Below, in pieces: positions 16,272 through 25,920 of a DNA stretch of 31,134 nucleotides; position 1 is the stretch's first letter, and each line of letters starts with the position of its first letter. The notes below the pieces were generated by a model. That model was given only the letters and a program-made list of their open reading frames with translations, ran no database searches and was not told where the DNA came from. The position numbers were made by a program, and so were the translations under genes. This stretch comes from a virus. Lineage: Duplodnaviria; Caudoviricetes. The DNA lies in the IMG/VR virus record IMGVR_UViG_3300020043_008363, positions 1 through 31,134 of that record; one strand, given 5' to 3'.

Positions 16272-16588
16272 TTCTTCCTCCGCTTCTTAGTGGGCTGCTG
16301 GGTGGGGTAGGTGCCGAGGACGACATCCGGCGGCTTCGATGCTTCAAGGTCAAACTCTAGCTGGTCCTCATGGACCTGGGGGTCCCCTTTGGCGTCCGCG
16401 CCCGCGCCAGCGCCATCATCCAGAACACCGGCAATGCCGCGGAAGAGGTCAGCGAGAGAGGCCCGGTCCAAGCCCTTAAGGTCACAGGACACCGTGGCCT
16501 GGCCGCGGCGGAGGAAGAGGATGCCGTTGGCCTGGTAGGCCGTGGCGCCCTGGATGGTGGTCAGTACATTTCTCAGATTGACGATCAT
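16268..16588 (-). CDS. Hypothetical protein
   Basis: AAGGAG RBS, ATGA overlaps at both ends, basic C-terminus. Confidence 0.7.
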   Translation of the reverse strand: MIVNLRNVLTTIQGATAYQANGILFLRRGQATVSCDLKGLDRASLADLFRGIAGVLDDGAGAGADAKGDPQVHEDQLEFDLEASKPPDVVLGTYPTQQPTKKRRKK

Positions 16589-17046
16589 GGCAGCTCCTTT
16601 TCTACTAATGCAGTTTCAATGATGTAGACGCCTTCGATGTAAGAGTTAGCGACGCCGGTCTTCCGCACGCGCAGTGTGATCTGCTGGTCGGCCGCGCCTG
16701 GGCCCCATCCGGTGTTCCCGGCGATGACCGACTGCGCGCCGATCGTGCCTAGTGTAAATGTGACGCCTGCGATTACCTCAATCTCATACCCTGCCCCGCC
16801 AAAGACGACAATGTCGATGTTCCCGCTGAAGGTCGGAGACGTGCGAGTGGTGATGCGGAAGGGGTTAGTGAAGGCGATGTTTCCAAGCGCCCTATACCCG
16901 AAGCTGGCCAGGCAGCGCCTAGAAGTAGCGACGATGAAGCGGTCGCGCTGCAGGAGCCCTTCCATCGCGGAAGCGCGGATACTGTTAGGGAAGGAGATGT
17001 ACTGCGGGCTGCCGGGATCAGCGATCGGCACGGTGAATGATGACAT
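16585..17046 (-). CDS. Putative minor tail protein
   Basis: Beta-rich, TAATG-coupled to the upstream tail gene. Confidence 0.65.
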   Translation of the reverse strand: MSSFTVPIADPGSPQYISFPNSIRASAMEGLLQRDRFIVATSRRCLASFGYRALGNIAFTNPFRITTRTSPTFSGNIDIVVFGGAGYEIEVIAGVTFTLGTIGAQSVIAGNTGWGPGAADQQITLRVRKTGVANSYIEGVYIIETALVEKELP

Positions 17047-18422
17047 TAGGTCGGCCTCGTTACGTTGGCGTAGAAGTCGGTGATATAGATAGGGCAGGTG
17101 AAGGTCAATCGCAGCCTATACACTTGTGTGCCTGTGAGCAGCCGGAAGGGGATGCGGTTCATAGAGAAGGCGATGGCAGCCAGCCCTGCGACCTGGTTAA
17201 AGGGCATGGCATCCGCCAGCCCCCAGTCTTTCGCATCTGTCAAGATGCCGGACGTTGCAACGAAGGACCCATCGTACATGCGGCCCTGGCCCGAGAGGTA
17301 CACCACAGGAAGATTATCTCTAGTATAGGTGGCGATGAGGGCCGTGTCCTCATAAAGCTCGGCCGTCATGCTAAGCCGAACAAAGGGGGCCTTTGGAACG
17401 CGTGCGCACCGGAAGGATACGTTCAGGTTCCCATCCACGGCCGCCTCAAAAGAGAAGACAGACGTGTATACCTCGCTAGGTTCGATGACCGCCCCCAGCC
17501 TATTATCATCGGCGTAGGTGCGTGCCACGTCCGCCCTGAAGTCAAAGATGGCATTGCTCATCGACTGCTGGAACGAAGAGAGCGGCATGGCCGAGTTATG
17601 TGCCAGCTGCGGGTAGGCGCCACCGGAATAGGCCTCCTCCACATGGTAGGCGATGGAATAGGGCGTGAACGCACCTAGCTCATAGACCTGCCCAGAACCG
17701 ATCTTAGTGGCCGTGTAGAAGGGGGTCATTATCGGCGGGCTGTCATCAAGGAATGGCGCGATGGTAGCTAGACCATCCGCCTGGACATGCGCTGGGGTGT
17801 CGATGCGCGCGATCTGGTACTTCCGCAGCGCCGCAGGTGCGACAGTGTTAAGGGCGCTGTACCCGGTCAAGTCCAGCATCTCAAACTTCCGGCCATTGCT
17901 AATAGTATAGGCGCCGGCGCCGCTATGATGGTCCAAGTACACCTGGTTCTGCTCACCGCCCTGGACATCGACCGTGCCGAGGTCGTCAAGGATGGCGGAA
18001 ACGAAGCCGATCCAGAAGGTCTGCGAGCCGGAAAGCTCCGATGCGAACGGCATGTCGATCGTTACGAAGGCCGGGCTCGTGGAGGGGGTCAGTTCCGTCC
18101 AGATGAAGTAGTTAGTAGTAAGATGCCGGATTTCGATCCAGCCGCAGCGCCCTTTAGCGTCCACGTGGTTCGTTTCCGTGCGGTACCGGATATTGAAGCT
18201 GATGCTGCGCGCACGCGATCCGACGTTAACAGTAAACGCGGTACCGATGGGGAACCCGAAGGAGGCCCATGTGACGGGGTCAGTCTCGCTGAAGGAGATG
18301 CACCCGCCCTGGCGCAGTAGGTAGTTATAGTCATTGATGTTCCGGGTCAGCCCGTCCGCCAGGTAAGCAGAATAGGTGAAGTCCGGGACAGCCTGCGCAT
18401 CATCTATTTTTTTCCACGTCAT
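17046..18422 (-). CDS. Putative tail/receptor-binding protein
   Basis: 458 aa, beta-rich, coupled to the tail-tip gene. Call is positional. Confidence 0.65.
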   Translation of the reverse strand: MTWKKIDDAQAVPDFTYSAYLADGLTRNINDYNYLLRQGGCISFSETDPVTWASFGFPIGTAFTVNVGSRARSISFNIRYRTETNHVDAKGRCGWIEIRHLTTNYFIWTELTPSTSPAFVTIDMPFASELSGSQTFWIGFVSAILDDLGTVDVQGGEQNQVYLDHHSGAGAYTISNGRKFEMLDLTGYSALNTVAPAALRKYQIARIDTPAHVQADGLATIAPFLDDSPPIMTPFYTATKIGSGQVYELGAFTPYSIAYHVEEAYSGGAYPQLAHNSAMPLSSFQQSMSNAIFDFRADVARTYADDNRLGAVIEPSEVYTSVFSFEAAVDGNLNVSFRCARVPKAPFVRLSMTAELYEDTALIATYTRDNLPVVYLSGQGRMYDGSFVATSGILTDAKDWGLADAMPFNQVAGLAAIAFSMNRIPFRLLTGTQVYRLRLTFTCPIYITDFYANVTRPT

Positions 18423-20935
18423 TAGCGCACCCAGGGGTAAGCGTAGTCTAACTTGCCGTTAACATAACCACCGCTGTCCGCCTGGAAAGCGTCATAGCAA
18501 GAGTGCAGGTCCATCGCGCCCTGGTTCGTGGCAGGTGCCATGATGATGACGTCCCCGGCAATGGCCCCAGCGAAGCCGGTGCCGGTGAAGATCAGCGCGT
18601 TCCCGGATGCAGATATCAGCCGCTCATAGGCGATGGGGTATGGGGTACCAAACTCATCGCACAGCATGCAGTAGATGTAGGTGGAGCTGGACTGTGCCAG
18701 CGACTGCGCAAAGGCTTCAGTGTCCGTCGTTGGGGCGTTGCCGCGGCTCTCGGGGCGGGTGTAGATATTATCTTCGATGCGGATGTCGGTGGGGCTAGAG
18801 ACGGCAAGGACCCGCCCCGCGCACGCAACCATGGACACGCGCTCTACTGCGTTCAGGTAGTTAGCTAGAAAGATTGAGTACTTAGTGAAGCCCGCCATCC
18901 AGTTCCGGTCGGCCTTCAGCACCACGCCCGTCGCATTGCGCACGCCGATGGTACCGGCTGCGTTAGGGATGTACTGGCAGTCGATGGCGACGGCATCACC
19001 GACGTTAAGAGTATAGACGGTGTCAAGATATGAGATATCTAGGATGACCGCCGCCTGGCTGTACCGGGTGATGAGGTCAAAGCCCTGGGTCAGCGAGAAT
19101 GAGTCTAAGAGTCCCTGCTGGCCTTCCGCTGCCCCCTTCCGCATGGGTCCGATGGTGAGGCTCTTGCCGGCTCCGGTCTGCACATTATCAATGTTCGCGA
19201 TGGGGTTCTTCGTTACAGTCGCCTTCGCATCCGTGATCTCAATGGGGTACTCCACTGTGACCGTCTGCAAAGAGTTATTCCTGTCAAAGGAGATGACCGC
19301 GTCCGGGGACGCCAGGCCCGCATCGTCCACCTTCGTGGGCCAGGCCGGAACGGAAGCCCACCTGCCAAAGCGAAGCACGCCAGAGTCGTAGACCATGTAG
19401 GCGCCAAACTTCTTTAGTATCATTTCAAGGACGTCACCGACCGTCTTAACCTTCTCATGCTGGTATGGCAGCACCGCCTGGCCGTCGACGCTGGTCGTGG
19501 ACGTGTAAGAATCGTAGAGCTGAACGAAGGGGTAATCCGACCGGATGGTGGTGACATCGAACGTGTCTAAGAGGGACCCCACGTCCACGGAATCAAGCCC
19601 GGGGAAGGGCAGCCACGCGGCCATACCAGCCGCACGCATGCCCTGGCCCCCGCTACTGTCCGCGTTAACGGTGCCAACGATGAGGTCGTAGATGGCAAGG
19701 GCAGGGTGCCAAGAGTTAAAGCATATCTCGCCGACCCACTCCGATGAGATGCTGGACCTGAATCCTGCGATGTCCTGGTTCTCAAGCGCGCCCGCGTCCC
19801 GGGACTGGTTCCGCTGGTTGTACTGAAAGTCGATGTCTAGCCGGTCCGCCGCGTTAGGGTTCCGGTACATGCCATCATTGAAGATGAGCTGGAAGCCGCG
19901 CAGCTGGATGTCGTTATTGTTAGGGTCGACGATGCTGGAGGAGACAGTCAGCTCCCCTGTCGCCAGGTCCACATAGCGGATGTCCATGATGCCGCCATAT
20001 GGCCCCTTCCGCGCCTGGTACTTGCCGGCGTAGGTAGCGAACGGCGTGTGCTGCGCATCCCACAGCTCCCCAACAAGCGCTGGCGGCGGGGTGGACTTCA
20101 AGACGGCGCGCACCTCGGCATGGTAGTTAGTGTCAACGAACCAGCCATCGTCCAAGTAATCACCGCCGAGGTGGCCATCGAAGAGGAGAGTTCCAGGCGG
20201 GACGCTAAAGGGGGCCTTAAGCACCATGCCCATCATGGACTGGCAGTCGACGACGATGACATTATCGGCGCGCGCTGATGTGTTCAGGCTGACCCTTGAG
20301 ACAGTGCCCCTGAACAGGACCTGCTCTTGCGATGCTGTGGTGGCGCCGATGGGCGCAGATGAGATGGTGATCGCGCGCTGCTCCGCACCGCCACTGGGGT
20401 ACTCTACGCCGCCATTCCAAACCATGTACACGGGGATGCCCTGGAACTCACCGCCGACATTTTGCATGGCGATGGGTGCGGGGGTGCATCCGTAGGCGTA
20501 GGTGGCGGTGAAATCGCTCACACCCACGCTTGCGACCTCAAACACGCGGCCATTGATGCGCAGGAGGTCGCCGATGCCGATGAAGGTTGGGTCGGTGATC
20601 TGGATGGTGGGGTTAGGGTCCGCGGTGACATAGGCGGTCGTTAAGACGGTAGCCCCGTTCGCATCCGGAAGCGGCGAATTACCGCGTGAGAAGAGCTGCT
20701 TCAAGGTCGTTTCCGTGGACAGGATGCTAACCTGCGTAGACGGGTCCGACCCTAAGTTACCAAAAATAGAGATATCGGAGGACATGGTAGAGGACACGTC
20801 CGATACCACGCCCTGAATGGTATCTGCTGGCAAGTATGCCAGGGTCCCGCGGCTGGTGAGCGTGAGGGGGTTCCCTGGGTCGGTGACGGTTCCAAGGCCG
20901 AGGATGCGGACGATGATGACGCGGTCGCCTGGCAT
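18422..20935 (-). CDS. Putative tail tip/hub protein
   Basis: 837 aa, second gene after the tape measure. LFRGTV..VDCQSM and LNVGDAVAID patterns are typical of hub proteins. Confidence 0.7.
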   Translation of the reverse strand: MPGDRVIIVRILGLGTVTDPGNPLTLTSRGTLAYLPADTIQGVVSDVSSTMSSDISIFGNLGSDPSTQVSILSTETTLKQLFSRGNSPLPDANGATVLTTAYVTADPNPTIQITDPTFIGIGDLLRINGRVFEVASVGVSDFTATYAYGCTPAPIAMQNVGGEFQGIPVYMVWNGGVEYPSGGAEQRAITISSAPIGATTASQEQVLFRGTVSRVSLNTSARADNVIVVDCQSMMGMVLKAPFSVPPGTLLFDGHLGGDYLDDGWFVDTNYHAEVRAVLKSTPPPALVGELWDAQHTPFATYAGKYQARKGPYGGIMDIRYVDLATGELTVSSSIVDPNNNDIQLRGFQLIFNDGMYRNPNAADRLDIDFQYNQRNQSRDAGALENQDIAGFRSSISSEWVGEICFNSWHPALAIYDLIVGTVNADSSGGQGMRAAGMAAWLPFPGLDSVDVGSLLDTFDVTTIRSDYPFVQLYDSYTSTTSVDGQAVLPYQHEKVKTVGDVLEMILKKFGAYMVYDSGVLRFGRWASVPAWPTKVDDAGLASPDAVISFDRNNSLQTVTVEYPIEITDAKATVTKNPIANIDNVQTGAGKSLTIGPMRKGAAEGQQGLLDSFSLTQGFDLITRYSQAAVILDISYLDTVYTLNVGDAVAIDCQYIPNAAGTIGVRNATGVVLKADRNWMAGFTKYSIFLANYLNAVERVSMVACAGRVLAVSSPTDIRIEDNIYTRPESRGNAPTTDTEAFAQSLAQSSSTYIYCMLCDEFGTPYPIAYERLISASGNALIFTGTGFAGAIAGDVIIMAPATNQGAMDLHSCYDAFQADSGGYVNGKLDYAYPWVR

Positions 20936-20938
20936 GTG

Positions 20939-21823
20939 CTATTCTCCCCTAAAGATTAGCCCGTTCGTGCTCCAAAGGCGGGGCTGGTCGTCTGCCGTCA
21001 CATAGTCCGCCGCAGATGAGCGGTTAGCAATAAGCGGCATGCGCGCCACCTGGTACAGGGATGGCAGCGGCGCGCCGGTGTTAGCGGCGGGCTGCCTGTA
21101 CAACCTGAACGTAGCCCCACGCGCTGCGGCTGCAAGCAGCCCTTCCAAGGTATTGTTCGGGTCGTTCACGTTCCGGCCCGCGGCATCGGCGTAGATCTGG
21201 ATGGCAGCGAACCACTTCGTCAGATTACCGGCGGGGAAGATGGAAGACATCATCTCAAGGTCCGCCACCTCGCCCCAGTTAATGACGTCCGTCGACAGGC
21301 CGCTCATGTTAGAGGACGATGCGGCAGCGCGCTGCGTGGTGGACCGCCGCACATCACCCGTAACGCCACAGGGGACCCACACGCCGTCCGGGCTATAGAT
21401 AGCGGTTTTAGAAAGACTGACGCCAGTGTACACCAGGGTGGTGCTGGCAAACCCGTAGGCGGCTGCGGACTCGGGGGTGTAAAAGTCAACGACCACGCTG
21501 GTTGTGCCGACGGCTGTGAAGCCAGTGATGCTGACCGTCCCCGTCAGCGGGCCGGTGGACGGGTTAGTGTTATTCTGGATGGTGTAGAGGCCAGCAGCGC
21601 CTGTGGTATAGCCGGAGGCCCCCAGCGCGTTCACGACCCGGCCCAGAAGAGAGTTACTGCCAGGCAGTTTAACGCCGGCACTAATAAGCTCAAAGCCGTA
21701 GAAAGGGCTGGCTACGCTGTAAAGCTGCTCGCTGACGGGGTATGTGCCGCCACCGCCGCCAACGCGCCTAATCTCAAACGCGGGGGCGGTGACGTTCCAG
21801 GTGACTAAAGGGTAGTTTGCCAT
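20939..21823 (-). CDS. Putative distal tail protein
   Basis: 294 aa immediately after the tape measure. Call is positional. Confidence 0.6.
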   Translation of the reverse strand: MANYPLVTWNVTAPAFEIRRVGGGGGTYPVSEQLYSVASPFYGFELISAGVKLPGSNSLLGRVVNALGASGYTTGAAGLYTIQNNTNPSTGPLTGTVSITGFTAVGTTSVVVDFYTPESAAAYGFASTTLVYTGVSLSKTAIYSPDGVWVPCGVTGDVRRSTTQRAAASSSNMSGLSTDVINWGEVADLEMMSSIFPAGNLTKWFAAIQIYADAAGRNVNDPNNTLEGLLAAAARGATFRLYRQPAANTGAPLPSLYQVARMPLIANRSSAADYVTADDQPRLWSTNGLIFRGE

Positions 21824-21831
21824 GGTTAGAC

Positions 21832-24087
21832 CTAGTAGGCGTAAGAGGATACCGTGTTAGGGAGGAGACCCCTCCGCGCGGCGGCGTTCTGCATCTCGGC
21901 AAACCGTCTAGCGATGCTTTCGCCGTCTGCAAAGGTAGCATCCACACGCAGATTGAAGTAGGCGTTCCCGGGCTCGGCCGACCTTGAAGAAGCAGGGGTA
22001 GATACGACGGCCTTCTTTGCAGTAGAGCCAAGGTATGCTGCAGTAGCGTAGGCGGCCGTGCCTGCGGCAAACATCGCGATCGCCATGGGGTTGCCTGAGG
22101 CCGCCATGACAGCGCCCTTCGCCATGGCCTCATCGCCGATGTAAGAGATGATGTTACCCATCGCCTTCCGTGCCGTGGCCTCCATGATCTCTGATGCCGA
22201 CTTGCCGGCCACGATCTGGTCCGCGATTGAGTGGCCGTAGGCCTTCATGTACTCTTCGATGTTTGCTGTTTTTTTCTTAAGAGACTCCTCATCACGTGCA
22301 TCTAGAAGAGCATTGGTCTCCGCATCCCGGATCTCACGCCAGTCGTAGAACCGCCCCATGACGGCAGTCATTATCTGGGCCTGCCGCTTATACCTGTCGA
22401 TGGTGGGGTCGTCGTCCAGGGACATCTCCGATGGGAGTGGCGGAGCTTTAGTACTGAAGAGCTTTTGAAGCGCCTCTTTGGTGTTAGTCTCGTCAATAAT
22501 TTTTGCAGCTATTTTTGCACTCTCTGCCACTGTGCGCGCGAGTGATTCACCAGCAGCGTTTGCCATCATCTCATTCTGTGGCAGCCGGTTAAAAAATGCA
22601 GTTACACTTTCAGTAGCTTGCCAATATCCTCTAGCGGCAGCATCTATATAGGCCTCTCTTACTTTGGCTAAAAATTCGCGCGACTGTCTTACTATTTTAT
22701 CGCCAGGCGGGAACAGCTCCAAGAAGGAGACGTCTGCGGTAAGAGCTTTTTGAAGTGTGTCTTTAAGAGATTTTGCGTTTACAGATTTATATATATCTTC
22801 AAAGCCTGTCGGTATGCCTTTTATAAGATTTTCAAAAAACCCCGTTACGTCGTAGCCGACCTCATATGTCCTCATGCTGAACATATCTAACGCTGCATTA
22901 GATTGAGTCTCCCAGTCTAGAAGGGCTGAAATTCTTGCCTGGTAAGCCTCCTCTATAGCATCTAACTGCTTTCTGGTCTCCTCATCTATCTCTTTTTTCT
23001 TTTCCTCAGCAGGCGTCCTCCCTCCAGTAAACGTGCGCGTGCGCGTAGTCGACTTGGTCCCGGCCAGAACTTCCGCCTCTTTAGCGTCAAGTTTGGCTAG
23101 CTTTGCCTCTAAGTCGGCGATCGCTGCACCGCGCTCTCCAACCATCGCCAGGTTTCTATCTTTGACCTGCTGCACATAGAGCTTAACATTTTCGTCTATG
23201 TTCTTTTGAGCATACTTCTCTCTAGCTTCAGCATAAGTCTCGCCGGCTGCGGGTTTTATTATACCCGCTCTCTCCGCTGTAAGTGCCGCCTCTCTAGCCT
23301 GCCTCTCAATCTCAGGGTACTTTGATGCCAGCGCCGTCATCGCGATGATGGTGTTCTGGACAGCCGCAGCCGCCTTCACCTCCTCAATCTGCGTCTCTAT
23401 CTTCGCCCTGGCATTAGCAAACACGGCTCTAGTATTATCTTCCGTGGTGCCGGTAAGCTGCAGCATCATCGCGTCGATCTCGCCCATCGACTTTCTTAAA
23501 GCGTCGGAGTTAGCGTTAGACCTTTCCACGGCTGCATTGTAGGCATCCACACCTTCCGCGGCCTCTCTCGCGTCTTCAGACATACCGAAGAAAAGCTGCA
23601 CAATCTCTCTAAGAGGGGTCAGAGCGACCGTTGCCACCGTAGTAAGAGCATCAAGCACGCCAACCAGAAGGTCAGCGCTTTCCTTCGCGCTCATGCCGCC
23701 AGTCGCAGCCTGAAAGAGGGTCCCCTGCAAAGTATCGACGGCAGTGTTAACGCGGTTCATCGCGTCAGCGCCCTCTTTACCCTGCGTGGCGTAGAAAGAG
23801 TTCATGCTGGATGACAGGGCGCCAAGCGCCGCGCTCACCCCGGTGAAGGCAAGGCCGACGCCGCCGATGGCTTTGATGGCTGTGGTTCCGCCGATCTTAT
23901 TGACCATCTTTCCGGCAGCGACATCGGCCGAGTCACCGACCTCACGCAGCTGATCGGTGAGCTTCTTAGCCTCACTCTTCAGGTCGGTGGACTTCTTCGA
24001 AACCTGCTCAAAGGCGACACCGCTCTTCTTAAGGGCGTCGATGAGCTGGGTGGAATCGCCTTTAAGTGTAATAACGGTATCGCTCAT
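21832..24087 (-). CDS. Tail tape measure protein
   Basis: 751 aa, Ala-rich helical sequence, N-terminal ITLKGDSTQL. Follows the frameshifted chaperone. Confidence 0.88.
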   Translation of the reverse strand: MSDTVITLKGDSTQLIDALKKSGVAFEQVSKKSTDLKSEAKKLTDQLREVGDSADVAAGKMVNKIGGTTAIKAIGGVGLAFTGVSAALGALSSSMNSFYATQGKEGADAMNRVNTAVDTLQGTLFQAATGGMSAKESADLLVGVLDALTTVATVALTPLREIVQLFFGMSEDAREAAEGVDAYNAAVERSNANSDALRKSMGEIDAMMLQLTGTTEDNTRAVFANARAKIETQIEEVKAAAAVQNTIIAMTALASKYPEIERQAREAALTAERAGIIKPAAGETYAEAREKYAQKNIDENVKLYVQQVKDRNLAMVGERGAAIADLEAKLAKLDAKEAEVLAGTKSTTRTRTFTGGRTPAEEKKKEIDEETRKQLDAIEEAYQARISALLDWETQSNAALDMFSMRTYEVGYDVTGFFENLIKGIPTGFEDIYKSVNAKSLKDTLQKALTADVSFLELFPPGDKIVRQSREFLAKVREAYIDAAARGYWQATESVTAFFNRLPQNEMMANAAGESLARTVAESAKIAAKIIDETNTKEALQKLFSTKAPPLPSEMSLDDDPTIDRYKRQAQIMTAVMGRFYDWREIRDAETNALLDARDEESLKKKTANIEEYMKAYGHSIADQIVAGKSASEIMEATARKAMGNIISYIGDEAMAKGAVMAASGNPMAIAMFAAGTAAYATAAYLGSTAKKAVVSTPASSRSAEPGNAYFNLRVDATFADGESIARRFAEMQNAAARRGLLPNTVSSYAY

Positions 24088-24482
24088 TTCTTGCCCCTGC
24101 TGGCGACGGCTTCTGCCATCTGGTGCATGCGCTCCGCTGCTGCTTTCTTTCTGTCGTCGTAGTTCTTCTGCCCCTCTGAAATCTCAAACTGAACGAACTC
24201 TGCAAGCTCCAGCTGCGCGTGTGTGACGTCTGTAATGTTTATCGCGGGGGTCCCGCGCTCAATCCACTTAGATAGCCGCAAAGCTGCCATAAAGCCAGAA
24301 GGCTCTTGCACGATGACGGGGCAGGTGGTCTCCATCTGCTTCCGGTCCTCGTACCCGAGCCCCTGCCTGTACCCCATGGTGCAGCCGCGCTGATACCTAA
24401 CCTCATCTGGGCACTCCCAGCACCGCATGGTGTGGGTGGTCATCAGCCGAGCGTAGTCGCGCCACGCTACTCGGCTGAAGTT
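24084..24482 (-). CDS. Tail assembly chaperone, -1 frameshift extension (lambda gpT-equivalent)
   Basis: Reached through slippery C CCA AAA at 24488-24482. Its stop overlaps the tape measure ATG. Contains CWEC..GC..CP. Confidence 0.8.
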   Translation of the reverse strand, partial: NFSRVAWRDYARLMTTHTMRCWECPDEVRYQRGCTMGYRQGLGYEDRKQMETTCPVIVQEPSGFMAALRLSKWIERGTPAINITDVTHAQLELAEFVQFEISEGQKNYDDRKKAAAERMHQMAEAVASRGKK

Positions 24483-24820
24483 TTTGGGTAACCCACCGTC
24501 GCCACCTGGGATGCGATCTCCGAGATGTCCGTCCATGGAATGAGGCTAACCCAGGCAATCTTCTCCGCGTCCGATCCCGCGGACGGGAAGGCGGGTGCGA
24601 AGCTCTCCGACTGAAGCACGCACGCAGACAGAAGATTGATGTGGGCCTGAATGATCTCCACCAGAGAGTTCGCGTCCTCTTTCACATGGTCCCGCAGCCG
24701 CGTGATCTGTGCGAAGTAGCGCGCGCCCTCAAGGGCGTTGGGCTCCCGCACAAGGAGCCGTCCCGTTTGCCCGTGGACCTTGACCTCTACCCAGGTACTT
24801 TCGATGAACGTAATAGCCAT
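24467..24820 (-). CDS. Tail assembly chaperone (lambda gpG-equivalent)
   Basis: AAGGAG RBS, lies between tube and tape measure, slippery site four codons before the stop. Confidence 0.85.
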   Translation of the reverse strand: MAITFIESTWVEVKVHGQTGRLLVREPNALEGARYFAQITRLRDHVKEDANSLVEIIQAHINLLSACVLQSESFAPAFPSAGSDAEKIAWVSLIPWTDISEIASQVATVGYPKTSAE

Positions 24821-24851
24821 GTCGTTTCTCCTTTATGTTTACCGGTCCTAG

Positions 24852-25916
24852 TTAGGGGTCGGCCGTGAACGTGATGTAGGCATTGCTGTTGCCGCTGCTG
24901 ACGTGGATGAACTTCAGACCAAGGGCCCGGTATCCATCGCGGTCGGCAGGGACCGGGAGCATGACCTGCGAGTTAGGCAGCACGAAGTCAATCGACGCCG
25001 TTCCGCCAAAGTCAAGGCTGACCGCCGTGGGGCTGTACGACTGGTTCACGCCGAGGAGGGCTTCCTGCCAGTCATCCTGCACGCCCTGGGGAAGGTCAGC
25101 GACCTCAAGGTCGATGGTGGGAGCATTGGTGAGGGCCACCATCGCGATCGCCATGCCGTTAGCTGCGATAGAGTTACCGACGTCCGTGAGCGCGTAGCCG
25201 GGATCGAAGGCAAACTTAGTCACAGCGGTGACGGCATTGGTATAGGGCAGGGTGACCGCTGCGTTGACCATCACGCGGGGGTAGGTATCCGTGGCGTTCT
25301 CATTCCAGCTGGGGGCCAGGTCGGCCGACTGGCTGGGGTCCTGCCACAGGCCCTTGAACGTCCAGTCGATGAGCACGCGCTGGCCGTAGTCCGCGCTGAT
25401 CTTAAAGCTGCCGACGCAGCCAGTGGCCGCGTAGCGGTTGCCGCCCTGTTCCTCGTACACGATGGTGCAAGGCTGGATGGAGCAGTTAAGCGGGCCGGTG
25501 CGCGTGGCACTGCCCGTGATGAGGTAGATGGGCTGCATGTAGGCGTTCAGGGTATCCGTGGGGGTGACGGACACGCCGAGCGGCGTCGCAGCGAAGAGGG
25601 TCGCCAGGCGGCTGTTGGAAACGAACTGGTTAAGGAAGCCGTTGGCACCGCCGGAGGGGATGCCGACAGAAGCATCGAAGTAAAGTTCCGTCTGAAACGT
25701 GATGTCCCAGCCCAGCGAGCCGCGTGCCGATGCCTGCGCGCCGCCATAAGGGGACAGCACGTCCGTCCGCTGGATGAGCTGCGCGCCCCGCGGCGTGAAC
25801 TTGGGGGACCCCACTACGCGGATTGCGTCCGTGCCAGCGGGCGCTTCAAAGGTGCCGGGGGTGGTTTCCGCCTTTGCAAAGAGCGCGGAGATATTACTCG
25901 CAATAACGTATGCCAT
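24852..25916 (-). CDS. Major tail tube protein
   Basis: AKAETTPGT N-terminus, YAATGCVGSFKI..WTFKG. Directly upstream of the chaperone. No sheath gene seen. Confidence 0.8.
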   Translation of the reverse strand: MAYVIASNISALFAKAETTPGTFEAPAGTDAIRVVGSPKFTPRGAQLIQRTDVLSPYGGAQASARGSLGWDITFQTELYFDASVGIPSGGANGFLNQFVSNSRLATLFAATPLGVSVTPTDTLNAYMQPIYLITGSATRTGPLNCSIQPCTIVYEEQGGNRYAATGCVGSFKISADYGQRVLIDWTFKGLWQDPSQSADLAPSWNENATDTYPRVMVNAAVTLPYTNAVTAVTKFAFDPGYALTDVGNSIAANGMAIAMVALTNAPTIDLEVADLPQGVQDDWQEALLGVNQSYSPTAVSLDFGGTASIDFVLPNSQVMLPVPADRDGYRALGLKFIHVSSGNSNAYITFTADP

Positions 25917-25920
25917 TTCT

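Noticed and set aside
16585-20935. Diversity-generating retroelement or invertible tail cassette
   Set aside because: No reverse transcriptase, invertase or template/variable repeat pair seen.
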